From Nitrososphaeraceae archaeon (lineage in GTDB: Archaea; Thermoproteota; Nitrososphaeria; Nitrososphaerales; Nitrososphaeraceae), in contig QCWD01000005.1 of NCBI GenBank assembly GCA_013114725.1, forward strand, positions 1,672 through 25,671: a stretch of DNA of 24,000 bases. The letters are read 5' to 3'. The translations under genes and the position numbers were made by a program. Below are positions 7,917-15,600 of the stretch, in pieces; positions within the stretch are counted from its first letter, which is position 1; each line of letters starts with the position of its first letter. The notes under the pieces are model-generated. The model made no database searches. It saw only the letters and a list, made by a program, of their open reading frames with translations, and had not been told where the DNA came from.

Positions 7917-8855
7917 TTATTCATTAGCTTTTTGTTGTAATGTATGGATTATTTTTTCTGCTATTACTATTGAACCCAATTCTTGAGATTCTTTTGTTTG
8001 GGCTCCAATATGAGGAGTACAAATAACATTAGGTAATTGAATTAGGTCCAAATTGGTTGGGGGTTCAACCTCAAAAACATCTAAGGCAGCACCTGCAATT
8101 TTCTTATCCTTTAATGCCTGGAATAATGCCTCCTCATCTACCACATCTCCTCTGGAAGTATTTATAAAAAATGCAGTAGGTTTCATCATATCAATTATTG
8201 ATTTATTAAACATTTTTTTTGTTTCAGAAGTTGAAGGAACATGACATGTTATAAAATCAGAACTTTGAACAAGTGTTGCCAAATCTGTAGTTATTAATCC
8301 TGTTTCTGAAATAAACTCTTTACTTATTGGATATATGTCATAACCTATAATGTTCATCCTCAATGATTTTGCAATTCTACCTATATTTCTTCCAATATTT
8401 CCAACGCCTACAATTCCAAGATATTTCCCTCTAATCTCATTTCCCATAAAGTCTTTTTTCAGCCATTTTCCATTTTTCATTTCTTTGTCTGCAAAAGAAA
8501 TATTTCTAGATAAATCAAACATGAATCCAACTACCAACTCTGAGACCGCATTCATAGCTGCTTCAGGTGCGTTAATTACCTTGATTTGTTTTTTTTTCGT
8601 TTCATTTAAATCAATATTATCTAATCCTACTCCCACTCTCGCGATCAACTTGCATTTGTTTGCTTTTTCTATAATTTCTTTAAAGATTTTTGTTCTACTT
8701 CTAACTACTATTATATCATACTCATGAACAATATCTTCAAGTTCTTTTGATTCAATTTCAGGTCGGTAATCTATGGCAAATCCATTTTTTTTTAAAATGT
8801 TAATTCCTTTTTCATCTATATGATCGCAAATAACTATCCTTTCACTAAACTGCAC
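7917..8855 (-). CDS. D-isomer-specific 2-hydroxyacid dehydrogenase (short phosphoglycerate dehydrogenase-like, no ACT domain)
   Basis: 312 aa. NAD-binding GIVGVGNIGRNIGRIA; NTSRGDVVDEEAL...GAALDVFEVEPP; catalytic His region TPHIGAQTKE. Confidence 0.9.
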   Translation of the reverse strand: MQFSERIVICDHIDEKGINILKKNGFAIDYRPEIESKELEDIVHEYDIIVVRSRTKIFKEIIEKANKCKLIARVGVGLDNIDLNETKKKQIKVINAPEAAMNAVSELVVGFMFDLSRNISFADKEMKNGKWLKKDFMGNEIRGKYLGIVGVGNIGRNIGRIAKSLRMNIIGYDIYPISKEFISETGLITTDLATLVQSSDFITCHVPSTSETKKMFNKSIIDMMKPTAFFINTSRGDVVDEEALFQALKDKKIAGAALDVFEVEPPTNLDLIQLPNVICTPHIGAQTKESQELGSIVIAEKIIHTLQQKANE

Positions 8856-8935
8856 ACCATATCACCTAAATTAAACTAATATAATTATTACTTCATAAAA
8901 AATAGGACTTTACCGTCAACATCTCATTCCAAAAA

Positions 8936-9313
8936 TTATTTTGAACTGATAACTTGTCCTGTAATATGATCTACGTAATATGTAATGTTTTTTGGAAATA
9001 TTATTACTTCCCATGCAAAATGATTACCAGTAGAAATCGTATGTTGTGTAAGACTAATCATTTTGTCAATTTTATTATTATCTACTACATTGTAGACTGA
9101 ACCATCTCCCTTTACAAAAACGTAATTAGTTTGTATTTTTGACAAAGGCATATTGTATAATGAATCATCAAACTTTTTTACTATATCTACTGCAGTATAA
9201 TTTGAAATCGGAATTCTATTTAGCGTTGGTCTAGTAAGAGAATCTTTAATTCCCACAAAGACCAAAAGCATGACAACTATTCCAACAATAATTGATAAAA
9301 ATGTCTTGTTCAT
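8936..9313 (-). CDS. hypothetical protein with N-terminal signal-anchor/transmembrane helix
   Basis: 125-aa ORF. The N-terminus MNKTFLSIIVGIVVMLLVFVGI is a clear hydrophobic helix and the remainder is hydrophilic. No family recognised. Confidence 0.6.
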   Translation of the reverse strand: MNKTFLSIIVGIVVMLLVFVGIKDSLTRPTLNRIPISNYTAVDIVKKFDDSLYNMPLSKIQTNYVFVKGDGSVYNVVDNNKIDKMISLTQHTISTGNHFAWEVIIFPKNITYYVDHITGQVISSK

Positions 9314-9401
9314 GACTAAGATTGATAACCTATAAATAAATTAAAATTTATGATATAAGAATTTTATTACATTTAATAATTCCCAACATATTTTTATATT
9401 T

Positions 9402-9872
9402 ATGATTACTGTCGAAGAAAAACTTCATTCATTTGGATATAATTTACCAAAAATTGCTCCACCTGCTGGACTTTATAGTCCAATTTCATCTACTGGTAAT
9501 TTACTATTTATCTCTGGACAAATACCGTTAGATACCAATATTGATCCCCCAGTTGTAAAGTTCAAGGGAAAAGTAGGAACAAACTTATCTATCGCAAATG
9601 GACAAGAAGCAGCAAAATTATGTACATTAAATGCATTGTCACACCTAAAAGAATATCTGGGAAGTCTTGAAAATGTCAAACAAATTATCAAAATTAGTGG
9701 TTATGTTAACTGTTCCGACGATTTTGCTGACCATCCCAAAGTAATAAATGGTGCGTCAGAATTACTTTTGGCAATATTTGGAGAAAAAGGTAAGCATGCT
9801 CGTCTAGCGGTAGGTATGAACAGTTTGCCATTAAACAGTGCAGTTGAAATAGACTTTATAGTTGAAATATAA
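9402..9872 (+). CDS. RidA/YjgF/TdcF family protein (reactive intermediate deaminase-like)
   Basis: 156 aa. LPKIAPPAGLYSPISSTGNLLFISGQIP and the C-terminal ARLAVGMNSLPLNSAVEIDFIVEI are typical of the YjgF/RidA fold family. Confidence 0.85.
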   Translation: MITVEEKLHSFGYNLPKIAPPAGLYSPISSTGNLLFISGQIPLDTNIDPPVVKFKGKVGTNLSIANGQEAAKLCTLNALSHLKEYLGSLENVKQIIKISGYVNCSDDFADHPKVINGASELLLAIFGEKGKHARLAVGMNSLPLNSAVEIDFIVEI

Positions 9873-9907
9873 AAATAAAATATTGTCATTTTGTTATTTT
9901 TGTAACA

Positions 9908-10204
9908 TTAGAAAGGTAAAGCAAGAATAAACGGTGTTTGTTTTAATGAAAATACGCAGAACGGTTTATCACATATAAGGTCATATATTTGGTTATAACA
10001 TTGTGCGTTTATAGCACATTTATTGCCTTCTAGATATCCAAGCACTATTTTTGTATAGTTAGTACTACTAGCGATTGTATTATTGGTATCAGTATTATTG
10101 TTAACATTATTTAGAATTTCTCCACTAATTTCATTTAATTGATTAAATAAAGAACATAAATATAATATCATAAACATACTAACAATTTTTACTATCTTGT
10201 TCAT
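9908..10204 (-). CDS. small secreted Cys-containing hypothetical protein
   Basis: 98 aa. Signal-peptide-like MNKIVKIVSMFMILYLCSLF, an Asn/Thr-rich linker with N-x-S/T sequons (NNT, NNT, NYT), then C-x5-C-x8-C-x4-C. No family recognised. Confidence 0.5.
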   Translation of the reverse strand: MNKIVKIVSMFMILYLCSLFNQLNEISGEILNNVNNNTDTNNTIASSTNYTKIVLGYLEGNKCAINAQCYNQIYDLICDKPFCVFSLKQTPFILALPF

Positions 10205-10527
10205 ATAAAAAAGGTATTATCATATAATATATTAGAAATATTAAAGAAATATATGTAAAAAAATTCAATTAAATGTAACTGAAGTTTTTTCATTTTTTAC
10301 ATTTTATTTTTTTGAGAAAATATTGGTCTAATTCTTCTCATAGTTAATAAAATAGTTTTATTGTTTTTTAATTTTATTAATTTATATACATTTTATTTGT
10401 ATCGTGGGTAAAATAATTATATATTCTAGTTAATATTTGATAATATTTATAATAATAATTTATAATTATTAGAATAACCTTTATAGAAATCATAATAAAT
10501 CAGTTAGTATAAGATATAAATTATAAT

Positions 10528-10695
10528 ATGATGTTTAACAAAGATTCATGCAGGACTTGTGGAGCCGAATTAAAAATAATAAAAATTTGCGATTCTTGTG
10601 GAGAAGGTATTAGATGGTTATGTCAAACATGCAAATCTTTGGAAGGCTATTTTCATTTTCACCAATCAAACATTGCTTATTGTATTCCTTGCTAA
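10528..10695 (+). CDS. small zinc-ribbon protein with four CxxC pairs (55 aa; below the ORF-track cutoff)
   Basis: Hand translation gives MMFNKDSCRTCGAELKIIKICDSCGEGIRWLCQTCKSLEGYFHFHQSNIAYCIPC*, with CxxC at residues 8-11, 21-24, 32-35 and 52-55. ATG start at 10528, TAA stop at 10693-10695. It is locally more GC-rich than the flanking very AT-rich spacer. Confidence 0.55.
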   Translation: MMFNKDSCRTCGAELKIIKICDSCGEGIRWLCQTCKSLEGYFHFHQSNIAYCIPC

Positions 10696-10737
10696 TTTTA
10701 CATGGAATTTAACTAAGATCGTGTGACTATATTATTA

Positions 10738-10811
10738 TGGACCGGGTGAGATTTGAACCCACGACCTCAGCAATGCCAATGCTGCATCCTACCAGGCTAG
10801 ACGACCGGCCC
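10738..10811 (-). tRNA. tRNA-Ala (anticodon GGC)
   Basis: Minus-strand sequence: GGGCCGGUCGUCUAGCCUGGUAGGAUGCAGCAUUGGCAUUGCUGAGGUCGUGGGUUCAAAUCUCACCCGGUCCA. It folds as a cloverleaf: acceptor GGGCCGG/CCGGUCC with the G3:U70 alanine identity pair, anticodon stem CAGCA/UGCUG with loop UUGGCAU, and T arm GUGGG-UUCAAAU-CUCAC. No intron, and CCA is not encoded. Confidence 0.93.
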
Positions 10812-10897
10812 AATAATTCAACATAAATTTAGATATTAATATCTTTAACTAGAAATAATACTTTTATTAGATTAATAAATAAAAGATTAAACAAATA

Positions 10898-11323
10898 GTG
10901 AAAATTGAACAATCCGTTGGTGCAGTAATTAAATACAAGACATCATTGGATAATATGGAGCATTCTGAATTTTTATTACTCAAAAATCGAAGGGGTTATT
11001 GGGGTTTTCCTCAGGGACATAGGGAAAAAGGAGAAACCGAAATACAAACCTTGACTAGAGAAGTTAATGAAGAAACCGGTATTGTTTCAATTGAGATATT
11101 ATCATTTATCGGCAAAATCAATTATTCATTTTTTAAATCAGACGGTATGAAATCAAATAAAGAGGTAAGCTTTTATTTTGCAACAACACCTACTAGATCG
11201 ATTAAATTATCTGAGGAACACGATGATTATATCTGGACTACTTTTGAAGAAGCTATGTCTTATTTGGATCATAGACAACTACGATTAATCATGCTTAAAG
11301 GTCATAAAAAAGGATTGTATTAA
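10898..11323 (+). CDS. NUDIX hydrolase
   Basis: 141 aa with a GTG start. Nudix box GFPQGHREKGETEIQTLTREVNEETGI (GX5EX7REUXEEXGU). Confidence 0.9.
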   Translation: MKIEQSVGAVIKYKTSLDNMEHSEFLLLKNRRGYWGFPQGHREKGETEIQTLTREVNEETGIVSIEILSFIGKINYSFFKSDGMKSNKEVSFYFATTPTRSIKLSEEHDDYIWTTFEEAMSYLDHRQLRLIMLKGHKKGLY

Positions 11324-11449
11324 ACGATTATCGACGTTAATTATTCTGTGTATTAAATCTTCAAGTCTTTAAAGTTGAAATCATATCTGATTTGATTGCT
11401 TGCAAACAATTTATATTTGATCTATTGTCGAAACATCATTGTAGTTTTA

Positions 11450-13027
11450 ATGGTAATTTCTGGAAAAAGAATTGTATTAACTGCAGATAGAAGTTTGATG
11501 ACTAACTACAGAGGAAATTTTTTATATGGTTTTATTGCATGCGGTCCGTACGAATTAGTTCCTGAATTTGTTTTTGATAAACTTTTTTGTCCAAGTGTTG
11601 AAACCGATAAAAGGACTGGAGAAGTTAAAGTTGCTCAATGTGGGTTAAGAAGAATAGAAGGAGCACTTTTACAAGAATATAACAAAAATGATATTTTTAT
11701 TGCTCATCCTGAGATGCTTGAAAAATGTATAGGTCCAGATACAAAAGTTGTTGGAATAAATGTAATGGATCCTTTAGGAATGGCACCTGTAACAACAACC
11801 ATGTCACCTGAAAAACTATCTTATGTTGCGATGAAATTCAAAAAGATGTGTGCTTCAATTATTCAATTAAAGAAAAAATACAATTTTAAAGTGGTTGTAG
11901 GAGGAAATGGTTCTTGGGAACTAGCTAAACCTGACCGTATGCGTATTCATGGAATTGATACTGTTGTGATAGGCGAAGCAGATGAACTAGCGCTTGACTT
12001 ATTTCATGACCTTGAGGCAGGGGATGCACCAGAATTACTTCATACGTTTGTTCGTAATATAGAAAATATACCAATGATAAATGGTCCTACGATAAATTCA
12101 CTAATTGAGGCAATGAGAGGTTGTGGGAGAGGTTGTGATTTTTGTGATGTAAATAAGCGTTCTAAAAAAGATATTCCATTATCTCGTTTGCAGGAAGAAG
12201 CAAAAATAAATCTTAATTATGGGTTTGATTCCATTTGGTTACAATCTGATGAAATGCTGCTTTACGGTTGTGATAATAAAGATTTTGTACCAAATAAAGA
12301 CGCAATAATAGATCTATGGACTGGCTTAAAATCAGTCGGTGCCAATTTTGTAGGAACTACACACATGACACTGTCTGCAGTAGCTTCATCTCCCGATCTG
12401 ATTAAAAAATTATCACAGATTAATGATATGGAAAATAATGGTAGATGGCTCGCTACCAATCTGGGAGTCGAAACAGTAGCTCCTCGAATGGTAAAGAAAC
12501 ACTTGGGTGTAAAAACAAAACCGTTTCAGCCAGAAGAGTGGGGTTCGGTAGTTAGGGAGGGATGTAAAATCTTGAATGCAAATCATTGGTTTCCAGCTCT
12601 AACATTAATTATTGGGTGGCCAGATGAAACGCCTGATGAAACACAATATACAATAGACCTTATAGAAGATTTCAGACAAATGAATATGAGAGGACTAGTT
12701 GCACCTCTATTATATCAAGATTTTTCAGAAAAAAATTCAATGCATTTTGGTAATCTTAATGAGGCACAATTTACTTTATTTTGGAAATGCTGGCAACATA
12801 ATCTTCATATAATCAATGATATAATCCCCATTATTATTAGAAACAAAACATACGGTCCGGCAATGAAAATGTTTATGGCTGGACTAATCAAGGTTGGGAC
12901 ATGGGCGATAATGAAATATCTTCGAGGATTATCAAAAGAACTATTCAACGGACGAATACCTGAAGACATTGTAGATAAATACGCAAGGAAGAGATCTGTT
13001 ACATTAACTCCCTCTCCAAAACTTTAA
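11450..13027 (+). CDS. radical SAM enzyme with N-terminal B12-binding-like (Rossmann) domain, COG1032-type; substrate unknown
   Basis: CX3CX2C cluster motif in AMRGCGRGCDFCDV. An upstream Rossmann-like segment is present (KVVVGGNGSWE...IDTVVIGEADE), along with GWPDETPDE, typical of this family. The ORF track starts at TTG 11396. I prefer ATG 11450 (MVISGKRIVLTADRS...), because the 18 codons before it look like spacer. Confidence 0.88.
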   Translation: MVISGKRIVLTADRSLMTNYRGNFLYGFIACGPYELVPEFVFDKLFCPSVETDKRTGEVKVAQCGLRRIEGALLQEYNKNDIFIAHPEMLEKCIGPDTKVVGINVMDPLGMAPVTTTMSPEKLSYVAMKFKKMCASIIQLKKKYNFKVVVGGNGSWELAKPDRMRIHGIDTVVIGEADELALDLFHDLEAGDAPELLHTFVRNIENIPMINGPTINSLIEAMRGCGRGCDFCDVNKRSKKDIPLSRLQEEAKINLNYGFDSIWLQSDEMLLYGCDNKDFVPNKDAIIDLWTGLKSVGANFVGTTHMTLSAVASSPDLIKKLSQINDMENNGRWLATNLGVETVAPRMVKKHLGVKTKPFQPEEWGSVVREGCKILNANHWFPALTLIIGWPDETPDETQYTIDLIEDFRQMNMRGLVAPLLYQDFSEKNSMHFGNLNEAQFTLFWKCWQHNLHIINDIIPIIIRNKTYGPAMKMFMAGLIKVGTWAIMKYLRGLSKELFNGRIPEDIVDKYARKRSVTLTPSPKL

Positions 13028-13070
13028 TCTAAAGTCTTTAGATTATGATATTGTAAAAAAATTGCTTATT

Positions 13071-13400
13071 TTACTTTTTTTCTAGATTTTCTATTGCCTT
13101 GTTAACAACTGTCGTTGTCTTTGGTTTTAGTACAATAAAATAATTTTTATCAGCACGTTCAATAGAATTTATTTTTTTATATTTTCTTGTAGATATGTCA
13201 AATTCAAATAATCCTGATTCCAATTCCCCTTTTGTATATACCATCATAAAAACATTTGAAAACTGACTTAAAGGAATTATGGATAATATGTAATTTCTAT
13301 AACTGGTTATTGGTAAAATTTGTTTCATGTAGGGCGTAATTGAAGCAAGATAAGAAAAAAGATCCTCTAAATCCCCAAATTCTTCATATTCAAAATCCAT
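13071..13400 (-). CDS. hypothetical protein
   Basis: 109-aa ORF, co-directional with and 39 nt downstream of the FNR-like gene. Protein-like composition; no family recognised. Confidence 0.5.
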   Translation of the reverse strand: MDFEYEEFGDLEDLFSYLASITPYMKQILPITSYRNYILSIIPLSQFSNVFMMVYTKGELESGLFEFDISTRKYKKINSIERADKNYFIVLKPKTTTVVNKAIENLEKK

Positions 13401-13439
13401 TTTTTTATACCGTGTTTTTTATTATTTAATTATTCCTCT

Positions 13440-14282
13440 TCATCCATATGATTCGAATTTGATATCATAACTTCCATCAGATCTTTTCTCTCTTTCAGTT
13501 ACAAAACCTTTTGGTTTTAAGTAATCTAATACCCCGTCTACAGTGCCTTGCCAACCGCATATATAGACAGATGTATTTTCTGGTGTTACTTTTTCTCCAA
13601 CCATTTCCTCAAGTGGTGATTGTTCGCTTCCTGGCTTTGGAGCTAAAAATGATTCAACACGTCCTTTTTGACCATTCCAAGACCGGTTAAACCACTCTTG
13701 CGGTCTACTCACGCTTGCTCTGTATTTAAAATTCCATATGTTCTTGCCCTTATCCAGACTCTCTTCTTCCAAATCTGTTAACAGTTCTCTATAACTTAGT
13801 TCATCCACATAACTTGCACCATGCAAAACCACAATCTCCCTTTTACTTCCAATAGATTTTAGATGCATTGTAAACGATATAAACGGAGCAAGTCCAGTTC
13901 CTCCACCTATTAGAACCAGTCTTCTATTATCTGGAGTACCGTCATGCATACTATCATTAATTGTAAAAGAACCAGTTGGCTTTAGCCAGGATATTTCATC
14001 TCCTTCCTTTTTGTTAAACAATTCTGTTGTTAATCTGCCTGGCAATGGTTTTTTTACCCATCTTATTAAAAGCTCAAAATATCTTTTTTCCTCAGGGGGA
14101 GATGCAATGGAATACGCACGTCTTATAATTTTATTCTCAGCTGCATTATGTGCGGCTAGGGTAACAAATTGCCCTGCCTTAAAATCGGGAATCTGTCCTT
14201 CTGAAGATTTAATTCTAAATACCGCCAAATCCTCTTTATATACTCTAATATATGAGATTATGCCTTTATTTTCTACTACCAT
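13440..14282 (-). CDS. ferredoxin-NADP(+) reductase family flavoprotein
   Basis: 280 aa. FAD-binding RRAYSIAS (RxYS motif), NAD(P)-binding LIGGGTGLAPF, and a YICGWQG block. Confidence 0.9.
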   Translation of the reverse strand: MVVENKGIISYIRVYKEDLAVFRIKSSEGQIPDFKAGQFVTLAAHNAAENKIIRRAYSIASPPEEKRYFELLIRWVKKPLPGRLTTELFNKKEGDEISWLKPTGSFTINDSMHDGTPDNRRLVLIGGGTGLAPFISFTMHLKSIGSKREIVVLHGASYVDELSYRELLTDLEEESLDKGKNIWNFKYRASVSRPQEWFNRSWNGQKGRVESFLAPKPGSEQSPLEEMVGEKVTPENTSVYICGWQGTVDGVLDYLKPKGFVTEREKRSDGSYDIKFESYG

Positions 14283-14399
14283 AATAAATATCCGTTATTC
14301 TTAGAAATTCTCTTATATATGTTATTGTCATTAACAAAACCCCTAAATGAAAAAAAAATTTAAAATCAGTGTGTATCAAAATAAAATGAGGTTATAACA

Positions 14400-14684
14400 G
14401 TGAAAGATTTTTCTGATTGGAAGGGTAGAAATTCATTTAATTTAGAGAATTTTAACAAAGAAATAATGGAACAAAACATGGAGCACAAACTACTTGTAAA
14501 CAAGTTTAGTGAAGCAATGAATAAATTCGCTTCAGATAGGTCTTTTGAGTCGTGTTTAGATGCGTTAAACATCACTATACAATTAGCAAATGTAAGGGGA
14601 AATTTATCTAAATCTTTTGAACATTATTCAAAATATCTTGAAAATGAGATTAAAATTCTAGAAAGGTTAATTCAAACTAATTGA
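14400..14684 (+). CDS. hypothetical protein (small, helical)
   Basis: 94-codon frame from GTG 14400, with an in-frame ATG at 14466. Its hydrophilic, helical composition is more protein-like than the overlapping antisense 69-aa ORF. No family recognised. Confidence 0.4.
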   Translation: MKDFSDWKGRNSFNLENFNKEIMEQNMEHKLLVNKFSEAMNKFASDRSFESCLDALNITIQLANVRGNLSKSFEHYSKYLENEIKILERLIQTN

Positions 14685-14716
14685 TTATACAAAGGATTTC
14701 CTATTTCGAAATTATC

Positions 14717-15586
14717 TTAAAAGAATACCACTTTATTTTTTATATCTCCTAAATTTTCAATAGATATTTCGACAGTATCTTCGTGTTTCAGGTATTTGGG
14801 TTCCTTCATCGACATTGCTACCCCTGCAGGAGTTCCAGTTGATATTATATCACCAGCTTCTAACGTTATTAATTGACTCAAACTAGATATAATTTTTTTA
14901 ATTGGAATTACCATATTATTGCTAGTTGAGTTCTGTCTAATCTCATCGTTTACTTTTGTAACTATTTTTAGGTTCTGAGGATCAACAATTTCATCTTTAG
15001 TGGTTATCCATGGGCCGCATGGAGCAAACGTATCTATGCTCTTACCTCTGGTAAATTGCTTATCTCTAAATTGTATATCTCTTGCAGATACGTCATGAAA
15101 AATCATATACCCAAATACTGCATCTAATGCCTCATCTTCCGTTATCTTTTTTACGTCTTTTTTTATAATTACCGCAATTTCTGCTTCGTAATCTAATCTC
15201 TTAACAATTGATGGACACAAAATATCACCAAAAGGAGAATTTAGAGCAGTTCTTGGTTTTAAAAAAATTACTGGTTCATCAGATGGGGTCAAACCAGCAT
15301 CTCTCGCATGATCATAATAATTAAAAGCTAGGCAGACAATTTTGTTTGGATTTGGTAATGGTGGAAGCAGGTCTTCTTTTATTAATTTCTTGGAAAATTT
15401 TAGTTTTGATTCATGTTTTTTAATTTCTTCAATCCACCCATCAAATAAGAATTCCCTTATTTTTTGAGGTAATGGTATACTGGTTAGATCTTGGATATCA
15501 TTTTTTGTGAGAATCTCATCTCCTTCTTGTGAAATTATGCCGTAAGTATCTCCATATTTTGTATCCCTTATCCGTCCTATCTTCAT
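14717..15586 (-). CDS. fumarylacetoacetate hydrolase (FAH) family protein
   Basis: 289 aa. LAFNYYDHA, DYEAEIAVIIKK, FTRGKSIDTFAPCGPW and ISTGTPAGV are characteristic of the FAH / 2-keto-4-pentenoate hydratase fold. Confidence 0.92.
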   Translation of the reverse strand: MKIGRIRDTKYGDTYGIISQEGDEILTKNDIQDLTSIPLPQKIREFLFDGWIEEIKKHESKLKFSKKLIKEDLLPPLPNPNKIVCLAFNYYDHARDAGLTPSDEPVIFLKPRTALNSPFGDILCPSIVKRLDYEAEIAVIIKKDVKKITEDEALDAVFGYMIFHDVSARDIQFRDKQFTRGKSIDTFAPCGPWITTKDEIVDPQNLKIVTKVNDEIRQNSTSNNMVIPIKKIISSLSQLITLEAGDIISTGTPAGVAMSMKEPKYLKHEDTVEISIENLGDIKNKVVFF

Positions 15587-15600
15587 TCTTCATTTCTTCC

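Noticed and set aside
10205-10527. Replication origin in the long AT-rich spacer
   Set aside because: There is no adjacent orc1/cdc6 gene and no inverted ORB-like repeats flanking an unwinding element. Only one short direct repeat was found.
11396-11449. TTG at 11396 as the start of the radical SAM gene
   Set aside because: The first 18 codons (LANNLYLIYCRNIIVVL) look like translated spacer. The ATG at 11450 begins a typical N-terminus (MVISGKRIVLTADRS).
13028-13042. Palindrome TCTAAAGTCTTTAGA right after the radical SAM stop codon, as a terminator hairpin
   Set aside because: A 1-nt spacer cannot form a loop, so the effective stem would be only 5 bp of A/T-rich pairs. No adjacent oligo-T run directly follows it.
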